A stretch of DNA of 64,000 nt from Bdellovibrionota bacterium FG-1 (GCA_051382295.1 JBBCAW010000031.1:1-64000); one strand, 5' to 3'. Shown: positions 20,729-30,909, counted from the first letter of the stretch. The notes: generated by a model from the sequence alone, not told the origin. Translations and numbers: made by a program.

Positions 20729-21976
20729 TTAGCGGTCCAGCTCTCCCGCGATCACATTGATGCTGCCTAGCGCACCCACAAGGTCCGCGATCTTATACCC
20801 TGCGCACATGGTACTCAGACCTTGGTAATGATAAACGCTGGGACCACGAATTCTCATTCGATGCGCCTGCGGACCGCCCTTGCTCACAATATAAAACCCA
20901 AGTTCACCATTCACCGCCTCGATCGCCGAATACACTTCGCCCGCAGGCACGGAAAAGCCCGTCATGAAAAACTTAAAGTGATGAATCAAGCCTTCCATCG
21001 TATTATGAACGACATCCTTGTCTGGAATCCGAACCCGCTTGTCCTCAGACCAAATCGGTCCCTTTTTGATCCGGTCCGCGCATTGTGTGATAATATTGAG
21101 CGACTGCCGAATTTCTTCCATCCGTACTGCATAGCGATCAAAAACGTCGCCCGTCTGCGCAATCGGCACATCAAACTCAACCTCTTTATAATAGAGATAG
21201 GGCTGGTCTCGACGCAAATCGATGTCCACTCCAGCGGCGCGCGCGTTGGGTCCGGAATAACTATATTGTATGCATTGTTCTTTGTTAAAAGGCGTCACAC
21301 CGACGGTTCGTTGCTTCCAAATCTTATTGTTCGTCAACAGCCGGTCCATTTCGTCCAAGGTCTCACGAGTCTTCTTGACCCAAACCTTGACTTCTTTTTC
21401 CCATCCGTCAGGCGCATCATACGCCAACCCACCAATACGAGTGTATGACGTGGTTAAGCGCGCCCCCGTCAGCTTTTCAATCAATGTATAAGCCTCTTCA
21501 CGCTGATGAAACCCATACAAGAAGTAAGAAAACGCACCGAGGTCGACGGCATTGATCCCGACACAAATCAGATGGTCGGTGACTCGCGCGAGCTCCATGC
21601 AGATCATGCGAATCCAATTGGCCCGCTCTGGCACTTCAACGCCCATGAGTTTCTCGACCGCCAACGCATACCCGACATTGTTCATGAGCGAAGAGCAATA
21701 ATTCAGACGATCCGTGTAAACGATGAAATTGTGGTAGGTCCGATTTTCACCCAGCTTTTCTTTTGCGCGATGGGTATAGCCGAACTCACAGTAGCTTTTC
21801 TCAATCGTTTCACCGTTCAACTTGGCCACCATGCGCAAAGCCCCGTGCATCGCGGGGTGCGTTGGACCAATATTGACGATCATGCGAGAGTCACCCCAAA
21901 GATCGTCTGGATCGTGCTCGACCGAAATCCCGGAGGGGTATTGGGTATTCAGCTTGTTTTTCGTTTGTTCTGCCAT
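20729..21976 (-). CDS. nuoD: NADH-quinone oxidoreductase subunit D
   Basis: NIGPTHPAMHGALR, GYTHRAKEK, DRLNY, VDLGA, GELDR. Quinone-site His, Tyr and Asp are present. Confidence 0.96.
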   Translation of the reverse strand: MAEQTKNKLNTQYPSGISVEHDPDDLWGDSRMIVNIGPTHPAMHGALRMVAKLNGETIEKSYCEFGYTHRAKEKLGENRTYHNFIVYTDRLNYCSSLMNNVGYALAVEKLMGVEVPERANWIRMICMELARVTDHLICVGINAVDLGAFSYFLYGFHQREEAYTLIEKLTGARLTTSYTRIGGLAYDAPDGWEKEVKVWVKKTRETLDEMDRLLTNNKIWKQRTVGVTPFNKEQCIQYSYSGPNARAAGVDIDLRRDQPYLYYKEVEFDVPIAQTGDVFDRYAVRMEEIRQSLNIITQCADRIKKGPIWSEDKRVRIPDKDVVHNTMEGLIHHFKFFMTGFSVPAGEVYSAIEAVNGELGFYIVSKGGPQAHRMRIRGPSVYHYQGLSTMCAGYKIADLVGALGSINVIAGELDR

Positions 21977-22010
21977 AGTTGCTCTACCCCTTGTCGCTTC
22001 TCAATGCCGA

Positions 22011-22577
22011 CTAATCCAAAAGTTCCGGCCGAATCGGCATTGGCTCTGTAAACACCTGATAGCCACGGAGTGGATAATCCTTTCGCAGGGGGTGTCCCAC
22101 CCAGCGTTCATCCATCAAAATACGACGAAGATCGGGGTGCCCTTCAAAACGGACACCGTACATGTCCCAAACCTCGCGCTCCGCCCAATTCGCCGCCGGC
22201 CAAAGCAGCGTGGCGGTTGGAACCGATTCGCCATCTTTTGCTCGTGCTTTTACGCGAATCCGACTTTTTTTAGAAAGTGAAAACAGATTGTAAACCACCT
22301 CAAACCGCGGCTCAACTTCTTCATCGGTTGCCGTAAGGTCCGCCAAAAACTGGTAATCACAAGAAGGCTCTTGCTTGAGGAACTGAAGCACCTGAATGAG
22401 CTGCTCCCTTTTTACATAAATAATAGGAACATCGGTGGGAGACTCCACAGGGCTGCGAACCTCTTCGATTGCCGCACCAAATCGCGCCTTCACGGCCTCG
22501 ATTTGCCCTTTCCAAAGCTCACCAAACTTACCCTGCCAGTCGCCGCCATTATTAGGAATCGGAGTTCTGATATCCAT
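22011..22577 (-). CDS. nuoC: NADH-quinone oxidoreductase subunit C
   Basis: RFEVVYNL.S, ANWAEREVWDMYGVRFEGHPDLRRILM...W.GHPLRKDYP. Confidence 0.96.
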   Translation of the reverse strand: MDIRTPIPNNGGDWQGKFGELWKGQIEAVKARFGAAIEEVRSPVESPTDVPIIYVKREQLIQVLQFLKQEPSCDYQFLADLTATDEEVEPRFEVVYNLFSLSKKSRIRVKARAKDGESVPTATLLWPAANWAEREVWDMYGVRFEGHPDLRRILMDERWVGHPLRKDYPLRGYQVFTEPMPIRPELLD

Positions 22578-22588
22578 TTCTTTTTCCT

Positions 22589-23098
22589 TTATGGGTGAGC
22601 GTTAGCCGCACTGAAGTCCGCGATCCGGCGTTGTGAGTGCGTCTCGCCACGCTGAATTTTTTCCCGCAGCAACAAAAGCGCATGCAAAACGCCCTCTGGG
22701 CTCGGCGGGCAGCCGGGGATATAAACATCCACCGGGATCATCGTGTCCACCCCTTGAAGAACACTATACACGTTGAAGATTCCGCCTGATGACGCGCATG
22801 CGCCCATCGAAATCACCCACTTGGGATCTGCAATCTGGTCATAAACTGTTTTTAAAACCGGCGCCATTTTCAGATTGATGATTCCCGCCACAATCAATAA
22901 ATCGGCCTGCCGCGGTGAAAACCGAAGAGCCTCCGCACCGAACCGCGCAATATCGTAATCAGAGGCAAAAGCGGCCATCATCTCGATTCCGCAACAACTG
23001 GTTCCAAAGGGGAGGGGCCAAAGCGAGTTTTTTCGGCCCCAATTAATCATGGCATCGAGGCGAGTGGTGAGAAAGCCAACCTGTCCGTCTTTATTCAT
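22589..23098 (-). CDS. nuoB: NADH-quinone oxidoreductase subunit B
   Basis: [34 protein letters not shown]. Confidence 0.97.
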   Translation of the reverse strand: MNKDGQVGFLTTRLDAMINWGRKNSLWPLPFGTSCCGIEMMAAFASDYDIARFGAEALRFSPRQADLLIVAGIINLKMAPVLKTVYDQIADPKWVISMGACASSGGIFNVYSVLQGVDTMIPVDVYIPGCPPSPEGVLHALLLLREKIQRGETHSQRRIADFSAANAHP

Positions 23099-23105
23099 TT
23101 AATAT

Positions 23106-23465
23106 TTACTCCCATTCGAGCGCGCCTTTTCGGAGAACGTAAAAATATCCCACCAACAAGATGGCCACAAACGCCCCCATTTCCCACAAAATAAAGGAGT
23201 TGATGCTCAGGTATTTCTTAAAAACTACCGCCCAGGGGAAAAAGAAAACCGCCTCGACGTCGAACAAGAGAAAAAGAATCGCCACCAAATAAAAACGAAC
23301 GGAAAAACGATGTCGCGCATTTCCGATCGGCGGCATTCCACACTCAAACGGAGAGTTCTTTCGCCGAGAAGGCATCTTCGGCCCAATCAAGTAAGAGACT
23401 GTCAAAATGGCAGCCCCTACAAAAAGCCCCAGCGCCAGCAGAATCAATACAGGTATGTAGCCCAT
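23106..23465 (-). CDS. nuoA: NADH-quinone oxidoreductase subunit A
   Basis: PFECG, RFYLVAILFLLFDVE...FFPW, KGALEW. Confidence 0.96.
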   Translation of the reverse strand: MGYIPVLILLALGLFVGAAILTVSYLIGPKMPSRRKNSPFECGMPPIGNARHRFSVRFYLVAILFLLFDVEAVFFFPWAVVFKKYLSINSFILWEMGAFVAILLVGYFYVLRKGALEWE

Positions 23466-23497
23466 TTTTAATATATAACGTCAGGCGCAACTGCCCG

Positions 23498-24985
23498 CTA
23501 CCACAAAATAAAGCCTAGTGATTTACCCGCCCAATTTAAAACAAACTCCGCAAAAACACCCAGCATGACCACCGGCACCATTACGCCAACCAAAAAAGCC
23601 TGCCTCCCCCGACTCGGAGTAATGAATTTACCGTAAGACCCCGGTCGCAAGGACCCCGCCCTGAAATCGCCAACCAGATAAAACGCCATGCGCGCCACAG
23701 CCGCCGTAGAAAGGGTCATGGCTGCAATCGCCACTACGGCAAGAACATGCCAATGATGCCGAACCACCGCACCAATCAAAGCAAACTTACCCACAAAACC
23801 CGGCGTAGGGGGCAGTCCAATCAAGCAAAGCAGGAAGAGAACAAGAAAGCCGCACTCTGGAACCGCCCTAGAAAGCATTCCGCGCAAACCCTCGAGCGAA
23901 TCCGAACCTAATTCGTCGAAAAAAAAGGCCAATACAAAGAAACTGCCCATCAAGGCGAAAACCTCGACGACGAGGTTATAAAGGAGGGCGGCCACCCCCA
24001 CCTGATCCAAAACCAAAACACCCATTAAGAGAAACCCGGTCTGAGCAACGACCAGACACCCCACCATCCGCTTGGCCGCAGTTTGCCGCACCGCAAGAAG
24101 AGAGCCGATCAGCATCGTCATCCCAGAGACGAGAGCCACAATACGGGTCCAATCGAGCGCACCTAGAATTTGCCACTGCCCATCGAGATCGCTGCGCTGC
24201 GCAAACATTACAATCAAAAATCGAAGTGTAACGGCAACGCCCGCCGCGCGCACACCAAACGATAAAAACCCACTGGAGGAGGTAGGGGCCCCTTCTAAAA
24301 CATCAGGGGTCCAAAGATACATCGGAAAGGCGCTCAGCTGAAAGCTCAGCGCTAAAAAAATTAACATAAACACCACCAACATCGAGCTGTGTGTCAGCGG
24401 ATGGGTCACTAACGCTTTGTGGATTTCATAAATATTAAATCCATGCGTGAGCGCAAATAGCACCGCGAGCCCATACAAAAAAAGCGCGGCCGCAACAGAA
24501 CTAAAAACCATGTATTTAACAGCGGCCTCAGCTGAATAAATCGATCTTTTGCCAAAACCCGCCAAAAAATACCCAACAATATTCATGAACTGCAGGCAAA
24601 GAAAGGCCAACAATAAGTCCGCCGCCCCAGCGGCGAGAGACATCGCCAACGTTGAGGCCAAAACTAAAGCAAAGAACTCCGTCTGCCGCTCTTTAGCGAT
24701 TTCGCGACTTTGCATCGTCGTCCAAAGTGTCAGGCTCGCCAAAATGATAAAAAGTACTTTAAAAAAGAGCGAAAGCCCATCAATCGCAAGGGCCCCATCA
24801 AAAATCTGAGTCGCGCTATACTGATAGGTGATCAAGGTCTGCACAAACGCCGCCGCCAGTCCGACTTGCGCGGTACCGGCAACTAATCGCGTTCGCTCTC
24901 CGTGATAGCTGATCTCGGCCGCCACAATAAAGGCCAAAGTCAGCGCCAAGATAACTTCAGGCAAAATCAGGACGAATTCTCTCAC
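23498..24985 (-). CDS. nuoN: Divergent NuoN-like subunit (second complex I-like operon)
   Basis: EAAVKYM, LW.PDVLEGAP, KRM, GLPPTPGFVGKF. Key Glu/Lys replaced (see findings). Confidence 0.9.
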   Translation of the reverse strand: MREFVLILPEVILALTLAFIVAAEISYHGERTRLVAGTAQVGLAAAFVQTLITYQYSATQIFDGALAIDGLSLFFKVLFIILASLTLWTTMQSREIAKERQTEFFALVLASTLAMSLAAGAADLLLAFLCLQFMNIVGYFLAGFGKRSIYSAEAAVKYMVFSSVAAALFLYGLAVLFALTHGFNIYEIHKALVTHPLTHSSMLVVFMLIFLALSFQLSAFPMYLWTPDVLEGAPTSSSGFLSFGVRAAGVAVTLRFLIVMFAQRSDLDGQWQILGALDWTRIVALVSGMTMLIGSLLAVRQTAAKRMVGCLVVAQTGFLLMGVLVLDQVGVAALLYNLVVEVFALMGSFFVLAFFFDELGSDSLEGLRGMLSRAVPECGFLVLFLLCLIGLPPTPGFVGKFALIGAVVRHHWHVLAVVAIAAMTLSTAAVARMAFYLVGDFRAGSLRPGSYGKFITPSRGRQAFLVGVMVPVVMLGVFAEFVLNWAGKSLGFILW

Positions 24986-24992
24986 GCTCGCC

Positions 24993-26516
24993 TCATTTCA
25001 CGGCCGAAAGCAGAGTCAGTACGGTGGGCCGCACCAACTCCAACAAAGGCTTGGGATACAAGCCAAACAAAAGTAAACCGACCACGAGCGGCATCAAGTA
25101 TGCTCGTTCGCGAAGACTGAGATCAGAAAACTCTTCCACGGCCGCTCCAATTTTTCCAAAAAAGACACATCGATACATTGTAAATAAGCAATAATTGGCC
25201 ATCAAAAACGCCGCCCCCGTCGGGAAGATCGTCATTGGATGCACCGAATAGCTTCCAATCGTCAGAAGGGCGCCTCCCACAAAACCACCTAAGCCAGGAA
25301 AACCCAACAAGGACGCGATAAACACCCCGGCCACAAGCGCTAACGAAGGGGACCGCGCAACAATGCCACCCAGAGCCCTTTCACCCTGATCCGTTAAAAA
25401 CATCGAATGCCCGAGTCGCTCAGTAATGAGGCCCGCGAAGACACCAAAACCCGCCAAGCCGAGACCCAACACAAGTTGCTCGTAGACGGCGCCAACGACA
25501 CCCGCAGGACTCAGTGATCCAAAGCCGATGAGAATAAAACCCACGCCGCTCATCGTGATATAGGCCAAAAGAAGATTCAGGCGTCTTTGGGCAACAGCGC
25601 AAATGCCCCCCATCAGCAGGTTAACAACACCAATAACCACAACCCAATGAGCGGACGCAACCATCGTTTCAGGAAAGAGCGAATAACAGAGACGCACAAA
25701 GATGTACGCCGCAACCGGGACCGTTACCGCTGAAAGCGCGACAAAAACAGAGGGCGATGCCTCCTCCGCCGTTTGCGAAAACCAACCGTGAAGTGGCCAA
25801 ATCGGGGCGCGCAACGCCAAGCCCACGCAAGTCAGGCCAAACGCGACCCCCGGCACGGAAAGCTCGTGCCCCAGCATCTCAAATGTTTTTCCGTTGAGAC
25901 GCCCCCCTGCCAGAGCGTGAATTGAAAAGCCATGGGGGTCGATCGCGTAATAAACCAAAATGAGCATCGCGAACAACAGCGCATTGCCCAGTGAGGCGGC
26001 CACCATATATCTGAAGCCCGCGGTTTCGCGCTTTTCGCCACCCCAAATGCCAATCAAAAAATAAAAGGGCAAGGCCGACAGCGACCAAAAGAAAAAAAGC
26101 AAAAAAAGATCCTGCGCACAGACGGCGCCAAAAAAGGCCGTTTGAAGGACCAAGAAAAGCCCGTGCACACCTCTGACTCCAGTTTTTTGATTCCACTCAT
26201 AAGCAATTAAAACCGGAAAAATGAGCGCCACCAAGAGCACCATGATCGCATTGAGACCGTCTACCCCCATTTCATAACTAATGGCATAAGAGCCGACCCA
26301 AGGGAGCGTTTCGGTCGCTTGCAGCTCCGGCGTGCTTCCTTGCATGGAAATCACCAGCGCTAAAGCGCAAACACTCGAACCCACACTCGCCGCCAGCGCG
26401 GTCCAGCGCCCCACGGCGGCAGAATCCGACCAACCCCTGACTTTGGGCAAAAGAGCCTGAAAAAGCGCCCCCACCAGAGGCAGAAAAACCATCAATGTGA
26501 TTAAATGATGAACCAC
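24993..26516 (-). CDS. nuoM: Divergent NuoM-like subunit (second operon)
   Basis: W......ISYEMGVDGL, PFYFLIGIWGG, PIWPLHGW, PG.GGFVG, DLSLRE, GLYPKPL. Confidence 0.88.
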   Translation of the reverse strand: MVHHLITLMVFLPLVGALFQALLPKVRGWSDSAAVGRWTALAASVGSSVCALALVISMQGSTPELQATETLPWVGSYAISYEMGVDGLNAIMVLLVALIFPVLIAYEWNQKTGVRGVHGLFLVLQTAFFGAVCAQDLFLLFFFWSLSALPFYFLIGIWGGEKRETAGFRYMVAASLGNALLFAMLILVYYAIDPHGFSIHALAGGRLNGKTFEMLGHELSVPGVAFGLTCVGLALRAPIWPLHGWFSQTAEEASPSVFVALSAVTVPVAAYIFVRLCYSLFPETMVASAHWVVVIGVVNLLMGGICAVAQRRLNLLLAYITMSGVGFILIGFGSLSPAGVVGAVYEQLVLGLGLAGFGVFAGLITERLGHSMFLTDQGERALGGIVARSPSLALVAGVFIASLLGFPGLGGFVGGALLTIGSYSVHPMTIFPTGAAFLMANYCLFTMYRCVFFGKIGAAVEEFSDLSLRERAYLMPLVVGLLLFGLYPKPLLELVRPTVLTLLSAVK

Positions 26517-26527
26517 GCGTCAGCCCC

Positions 26528-28495
26528 CTAAGTTCGGATAAAGTGAGCGAGAATTGCTATTCCACTGCCCACCGCAAAAAACAGATACCATTGTACATCG
26601 CCGTTCTGAATGACCTGCAAAACCTTGGAAGGAACCTCGACCCAACGACGAAGAGCCCCTCCCACCCAAAAAGAAAACCGAGAATCCCCCAGGGCGATGG
26701 CCGCCGCCCCTCGGCGAAGAGCCGTCGTCAACCCATGAGGCAACCAAAATCCCCAAATTTCTCTATCCACGAGCCAGGTGCTAGCCCGGCCCACCCTGGA
26801 CAAAACTTCGGCAACCTTCTCAAAAAAAGGATCTACGCCGTACCCGGACGCCACAAACGCAGAAAAACGGGGAAGGGATCGACTGATCGCCGGCCACAAA
26901 TGAGGGCGCTTTCCAGCAGTCAAATACGCCGCGACGCTCGCAATCAGTAAAACCCCCCAGTAAAGCGCGCTGGCGGTACCGTAACTTCCTTCCTCTCCCC
27001 AGTTATTGGCAGCTGCACCAAAAAACTGCGTCAAAAAAGATGTCAAAAAACAATCTGGGTTACCCAAAACCACACCGCCCGTGGCTGTCCCGGTCCAGAC
27101 CACACCCAACCCCAAAACAATCAAAACAAAGGGAGCAAGTACGGCATTCCAAGAAACATCGGCGGCCTGTTTCGGGGGCTTAGCCGTCCATTTAGCGGGA
27201 GCCTTGACGGAGATCGCCATCCACGCGACCTTCCAGCCCAAAAAAGCGAAAAGAAAAAAGACCAAAATAGACGCCGTTGCGAGCGCTGGTTGTGCAATGG
27301 CAAACAGGAACCAATGAACATTTCCACCGGCAGTAACAAATCCCAAAAACCCCGTGCCCATGGCCGCCGCTAAACCACATCCCACTCTAGACCAAACTTG
27401 AATGTTGGCCGTTTTTTCTCTGTCCGCCGCCAAAGCGATTTCATCGAGGTTAGAGCCAAAGCCCGCGAGCGCACTAGCGGCCAGTCCAGCACCTAAAAAC
27501 ATACAAAACGCCGAAGAAGGTCCGTTAAAAGCCAAGAAGGCCACCGCGAGAGAAAAAGCAGAAGAAAGCCAGGCACTGAGACTCAAGCGCCACTGATTAC
27601 GAAAAACTCCCGAAGCCGCTGATAAAAAAGCTGACGCCAACCCCACCCATCCAAAAAACGGGAAAATCCCCGCCTCCCGAAAACGAGGTTCAAGACGAAG
27701 AAGAAGCGCTAAACTGGCCCACGCCGGAAACACCTGCGCGAGAACAATTCGAGCGAACCCAGGCGTGATCGAGTCGTGGGTTCCCCATCCTAAAAAAGGA
27801 AAAGGCTGCAATTGCACCATCGCACCCAGAAAAACGAACGAAGCCCCCATAAAGTCAGTGGTTTCACTCCAAGAAGACGCGCCGACCATACTCAGTGGCG
27901 CTCTCGCTCCCGCTAAAACACATAGCCCCACCAACGACAGGATAAAACCCCAAGAACGCTCCCATCCGAAACGGGTGGCAAGCGCGGCCTCTGATGAAAG
28001 ACCCCAATACGACCCCAAAGCTAAAAATCCGCCGACAATGGTCAATACCGACCCCGCCAAGGCCAACCACGGCGTAAGCCCAAACCAGGCAAACGCCACC
28101 CCCGCGCACGAAACCGCTAGCGCCGCATACAACCGCGCCGCTCGAGTGACACGAACCGTTCCGCTGGTCACAAGAAGCAAACAAGCCGAAACCAAAACCG
28201 TCAAAACGGCTACCGCCAACCCCACCGCATCACGGACCATACCAACGGTAATGGCTCCCTCTTCAGCCCGAGGCCAAATCCAACCCCTCAGCCAGGTTTG
28301 CGGCTGAAAAGAATCTTCGCTGAGTGCGATCCATCCTATTCCCGCATCGATCATAAGGGCCGCCAGACCCAAACCAACCAACCAATCCCCTTGACGCGGC
28401 AGCTTACGCCCCCAGAGCATCAAGACAATTCCACCCACCAGCAAAACCACCAACCCTGACAACAACAGTGCAGGAGAAGACGTAACGCCGTTCAT
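26528..28495 (-). CDS. nuoL: Highly divergent NuoL-like subunit (second operon)
   Basis: 655 aa, very hydrophobic, positioned between nuoK and nuoM. C-terminal amphipathic region GYGVDPFFE...LVD...IQNGDVQWY matches NuoL KWYVDELYE...IQTGSIQIY. Confidence 0.75.
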   Translation of the reverse strand: MNGVTSSPALLLSGLVVLLVGGIVLMLWGRKLPRQGDWLVGLGLAALMIDAGIGWIALSEDSFQPQTWLRGWIWPRAEEGAITVGMVRDAVGLAVAVLTVLVSACLLLVTSGTVRVTRAARLYAALAVSCAGVAFAWFGLTPWLALAGSVLTIVGGFLALGSYWGLSSEAALATRFGWERSWGFILSLVGLCVLAGARAPLSMVGASSWSETTDFMGASFVFLGAMVQLQPFPFLGWGTHDSITPGFARIVLAQVFPAWASLALLLRLEPRFREAGIFPFFGWVGLASAFLSAASGVFRNQWRLSLSAWLSSAFSLAVAFLAFNGPSSAFCMFLGAGLAASALAGFGSNLDEIALAADREKTANIQVWSRVGCGLAAAMGTGFLGFVTAGGNVHWFLFAIAQPALATASILVFFLFAFLGWKVAWMAISVKAPAKWTAKPPKQAADVSWNAVLAPFVLIVLGLGVVWTGTATGGVVLGNPDCFLTSFLTQFFGAAANNWGEEGSYGTASALYWGVLLIASVAAYLTAGKRPHLWPAISRSLPRFSAFVASGYGVDPFFEKVAEVLSRVGRASTWLVDREIWGFWLPHGLTTALRRGAAAIALGDSRFSFWVGGALRRWVEVPSKVLQVIQNGDVQWYLFFAVGSGIAILAHFIRT

Positions 28496-28782
28496 TGCTT
28501 GAGTGACCTCAATTCGTCGATATTTGTGCGGGTTTTTAGATAAAAAACACGGATAGCCAGCGCGTAGCCACCCGCCAACTGGGCAACGCCGGAAAGAACA
28601 ATAAAGAGCCCAAAAAGGTGGCCCTCAACCCGCGCGCCCGACATCACGCCCGCAAGGACAAACATCATTGCCGAACCCAAAACCAAAAGCTGAATGCCGA
28701 TCATAATGCCCAACAAGGTTCGCCGAGAAATTATGCAAACCAGACCAAGAGCACCCATCATCCCGGAGACAAGCATCATCAT
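28492..28782 (-). CDS. nuoK: Divergent NuoK-like subunit (second operon)
   Basis: Three TM helices; RRTLLGIMIGIQLL, GH.F..FI, T..IDELRSLK. ATGA couplings on both sides. Confidence 0.85.
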   Translation of the reverse strand: MMMLVSGMMGALGLVCIISRRTLLGIMIGIQLLVLGSAMMFVLAGVMSGARVEGHLFGLFIVLSGVAQLAGGYALAIRVFYLKTRTNIDELRSLKQ

Positions 28783-29294
28783 GGCTGTGACTCCTTTTTT
28801 GAACTTTGCTCTGGGCGAGCAATCACGCCACCGCCAATCAAAACGAGAAAGAGTGTCAGCGCCAAAACCTCTAACGAAAGCAAATGCTGGCTGGTCATTG
28901 TTTTTCCGAGCGCCGCCACATCGGTGCCGTCAACCGCTAGGCCAATTCCGTTTTCCGGAATTTGCCCCGCTCCAAACCAAATCACGGTCGAAAAAGCGAA
29001 CCCCAAAAGTACCGCCATCACCGTTTTAAATATTCGAGATCCCCCCGTCTTCTCCCAGTCGCTCGAGCCATATTCGCCAAACATCACCGAGAAGAAGACA
29101 AAAGAAATAACCACTAAAGTCGAAACAATCCATTGAATGACGGCAAGAAGCTCCGCTCCAAGCGTGAGGTACAAGGCGCCCACTCCGAGGCCGGCAATCC
29201 ACAACGAAAGGATTGCTCGTCGAATATCCCCAACAAAAGCGGCAAAAGCACCCGCCCCGAGGGTGATTACCGCAAAGATCCAACAAATCGTCAC
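28779..29294 (-). CDS. nuoJ: Divergent NuoJ-like subunit (second operon)
   Basis: Y..LGAELLAVIQ.IV, LG.......LLSLEV.AL.L...LIG..VIAR. GTG 29294 overlaps the nuoI2 stop. Confidence 0.85.
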   Translation of the reverse strand: MTICWIFAVITLGAGAFAAFVGDIRRAILSLWIAGLGVGALYLTLGAELLAVIQWIVSTLVVISFVFFSVMFGEYGSSDWEKTGGSRIFKTVMAVLLGFAFSTVIWFGAGQIPENGIGLAVDGTDVAALGKTMTSQHLLSLEVLALTLFLVLIGGGVIARPEQSSKKESQP

Positions 29295-29827
29295 AACAGC
29301 CCCCCTTCGCCGTCTTCCGTTGCGCGTCTCATTTTTGCCCAATGCGCCCGCTGTGGCTCAGTAATATGGCCACGCCCAAAATGACTCACCATCGCAGACA
29401 ACCGATAAACGGCGCCCTCATATTGCCGGGTATGCATAAGCGACTGTGGCTGACAAGCCTCAACACAAAGGCCACAAAAAATACACTTCGAAAAATCGAT
29501 ATCAAACGTGGACACCCAAACTTTAGCCGAATCCGCTCCAGGCTCTGTTTCGACCGAAAGGCAGTCCGTGGGACAAACGATTTCACACTCTTTACACCCG
29601 GTGCATCGCTCTATGTCATTATAAAGAAGCCCTCTTGACCGGGAAGGAAGGTCCTCGGGTGCCCGGGATGAAATGGGATCCGGGTACTGCTCTGTCACCT
29701 CTTTTCGAAATTCGCCAGCGCTCAACAAATACGGGATCGAGGTCAAACACGATCCAATGACCGACCGGGCCCCCCACAAGGCATCTCGAAAATAGTGTCG
29801 AAGTGTTGAAAAAACCGATTCAATCAC
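29291..29827 (-). CDS. nuoI: NuoI-like 2x[4Fe-4S] subunit (second operon)
   Basis: VTEQYPD, RSRG, CTGCKECEIVCP, FDIDFSKCIFCGLCVEACQP. GTG 29827 follows GGAG and overlaps the nuoH2 stop. Confidence 0.9.
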   Translation of the reverse strand: MIESVFSTLRHYFRDALWGARSVIGSCLTSIPYLLSAGEFRKEVTEQYPDPISSRAPEDLPSRSRGLLYNDIERCTGCKECEIVCPTDCLSVETEPGADSAKVWVSTFDIDFSKCIFCGLCVEACQPQSLMHTRQYEGAVYRLSAMVSHFGRGHITEPQRAHWAKMRRATEDGEGGLL

Positions 29828-30909
29828 AGCGCCCTCCATCCCGCCCAAAAGCCCACGCCAATCAGCGCAGCGAGCGAAAAAGGACTCAGGACCTTCCACG
29901 CAAAATCGGTGACCTGGTCCGTCCGCGTCCGAGGGTTAACTCGAGCGACCCAAACCACAAGAAGCATTAATAGAAAGGTCTTGATCAATAAAACGACCAA
30001 TTCCAAAAACTGCAAAACACCAAAAGCTTCGGCATCCTTGAGCGCGCTAAAAAGACTAACTGGAAGCTGCCAGCCCCCCAAAAACAAGACGACCGAAATC
30101 ACCGACCACAAAAAGAAACCATAGAACCGACTCAAGTTAAATAACGTCAGCCTTTTTCCATGCAAATAGGAAGAAACACCGCCTTGAATATCTGGATGCG
30201 AAAGCGCGGCATCCATCGGAGGAATCGCCAAAAGAATGAGTCCAGCAACAACAAACACGACCATCGCGATCAACTCGAACGGATTGGTCGTAGCCGCCCA
30301 AGTAAACGGAGAGGCCCCCTGAGAACCCGCCAAAACACTCCACTTAAAGCTCCCGGCTCTAACCCCAGCGCAAAGTAACGCCACCAACGCCGGAAAGGCT
30401 CCTGCCAAAGCCTGCGCGGCTACCCGTACGCCGCCCAACCACCCTGGCACCGAACCTTGGCTGAAGCCTAAAAGCATCGTACCTAAAGCCAAAACAAGCG
30501 CCGCCCAAAACGGCCAAAAGGCACTCATATCCGTATCCACTAACAACACGAGGGACCCCAGCGGCAATACGGCAACCGTTGAAAAAAGGGCCATGGTATG
30601 AACGCCCACCCAAAGAGCTTCGCGCCAGGTCCACGCTTGGTTGCCCTCTTTTTGGAGAAGCTTAAGCAGATCAGCAAGCGGTTGGAGCGCCCCGGCCGGC
30701 CCAGCCCGATTCGGGCCCACTCGGGCTTGAAAATCAGCGCCCAACTTGCGATCCAGAAAAGCCATCACGGTGGCACTAGGAAAAATGACCAAGAGATAGA
30801 TGAAGACTAGGCCACAGCCCGCAATCAACCATTGAGGGACTCCGGGCGGAAGTCGCAATAGATGCGCCCAAATGGTTGGCCAATTCATGTCCGTGCCCAA
30901 TGCGTTCAT
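29824..30909 (-). CDS. nuoH: Divergent NuoH-like subunit (second operon)
   Basis: DRKL.A.FQARVGPNRAGP.G.LQPLAD.LKLL.KE, LFLGGW, PR.RTDQ..DFAWK. Confidence 0.9.
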   Translation of the reverse strand: MNALGTDMNWPTIWAHLLRLPPGVPQWLIAGCGLVFIYLLVIFPSATVMAFLDRKLGADFQARVGPNRAGPAGALQPLADLLKLLQKEGNQAWTWREALWVGVHTMALFSTVAVLPLGSLVLLVDTDMSAFWPFWAALVLALGTMLLGFSQGSVPGWLGGVRVAAQALAGAFPALVALLCAGVRAGSFKWSVLAGSQGASPFTWAATTNPFELIAMVVFVVAGLILLAIPPMDAALSHPDIQGGVSSYLHGKRLTLFNLSRFYGFFLWSVISVVLFLGGWQLPVSLFSALKDAEAFGVLQFLELVVLLIKTFLLMLLVVWVARVNPRTRTDQVTDFAWKVLSPFSLAALIGVGFWAGWRAL

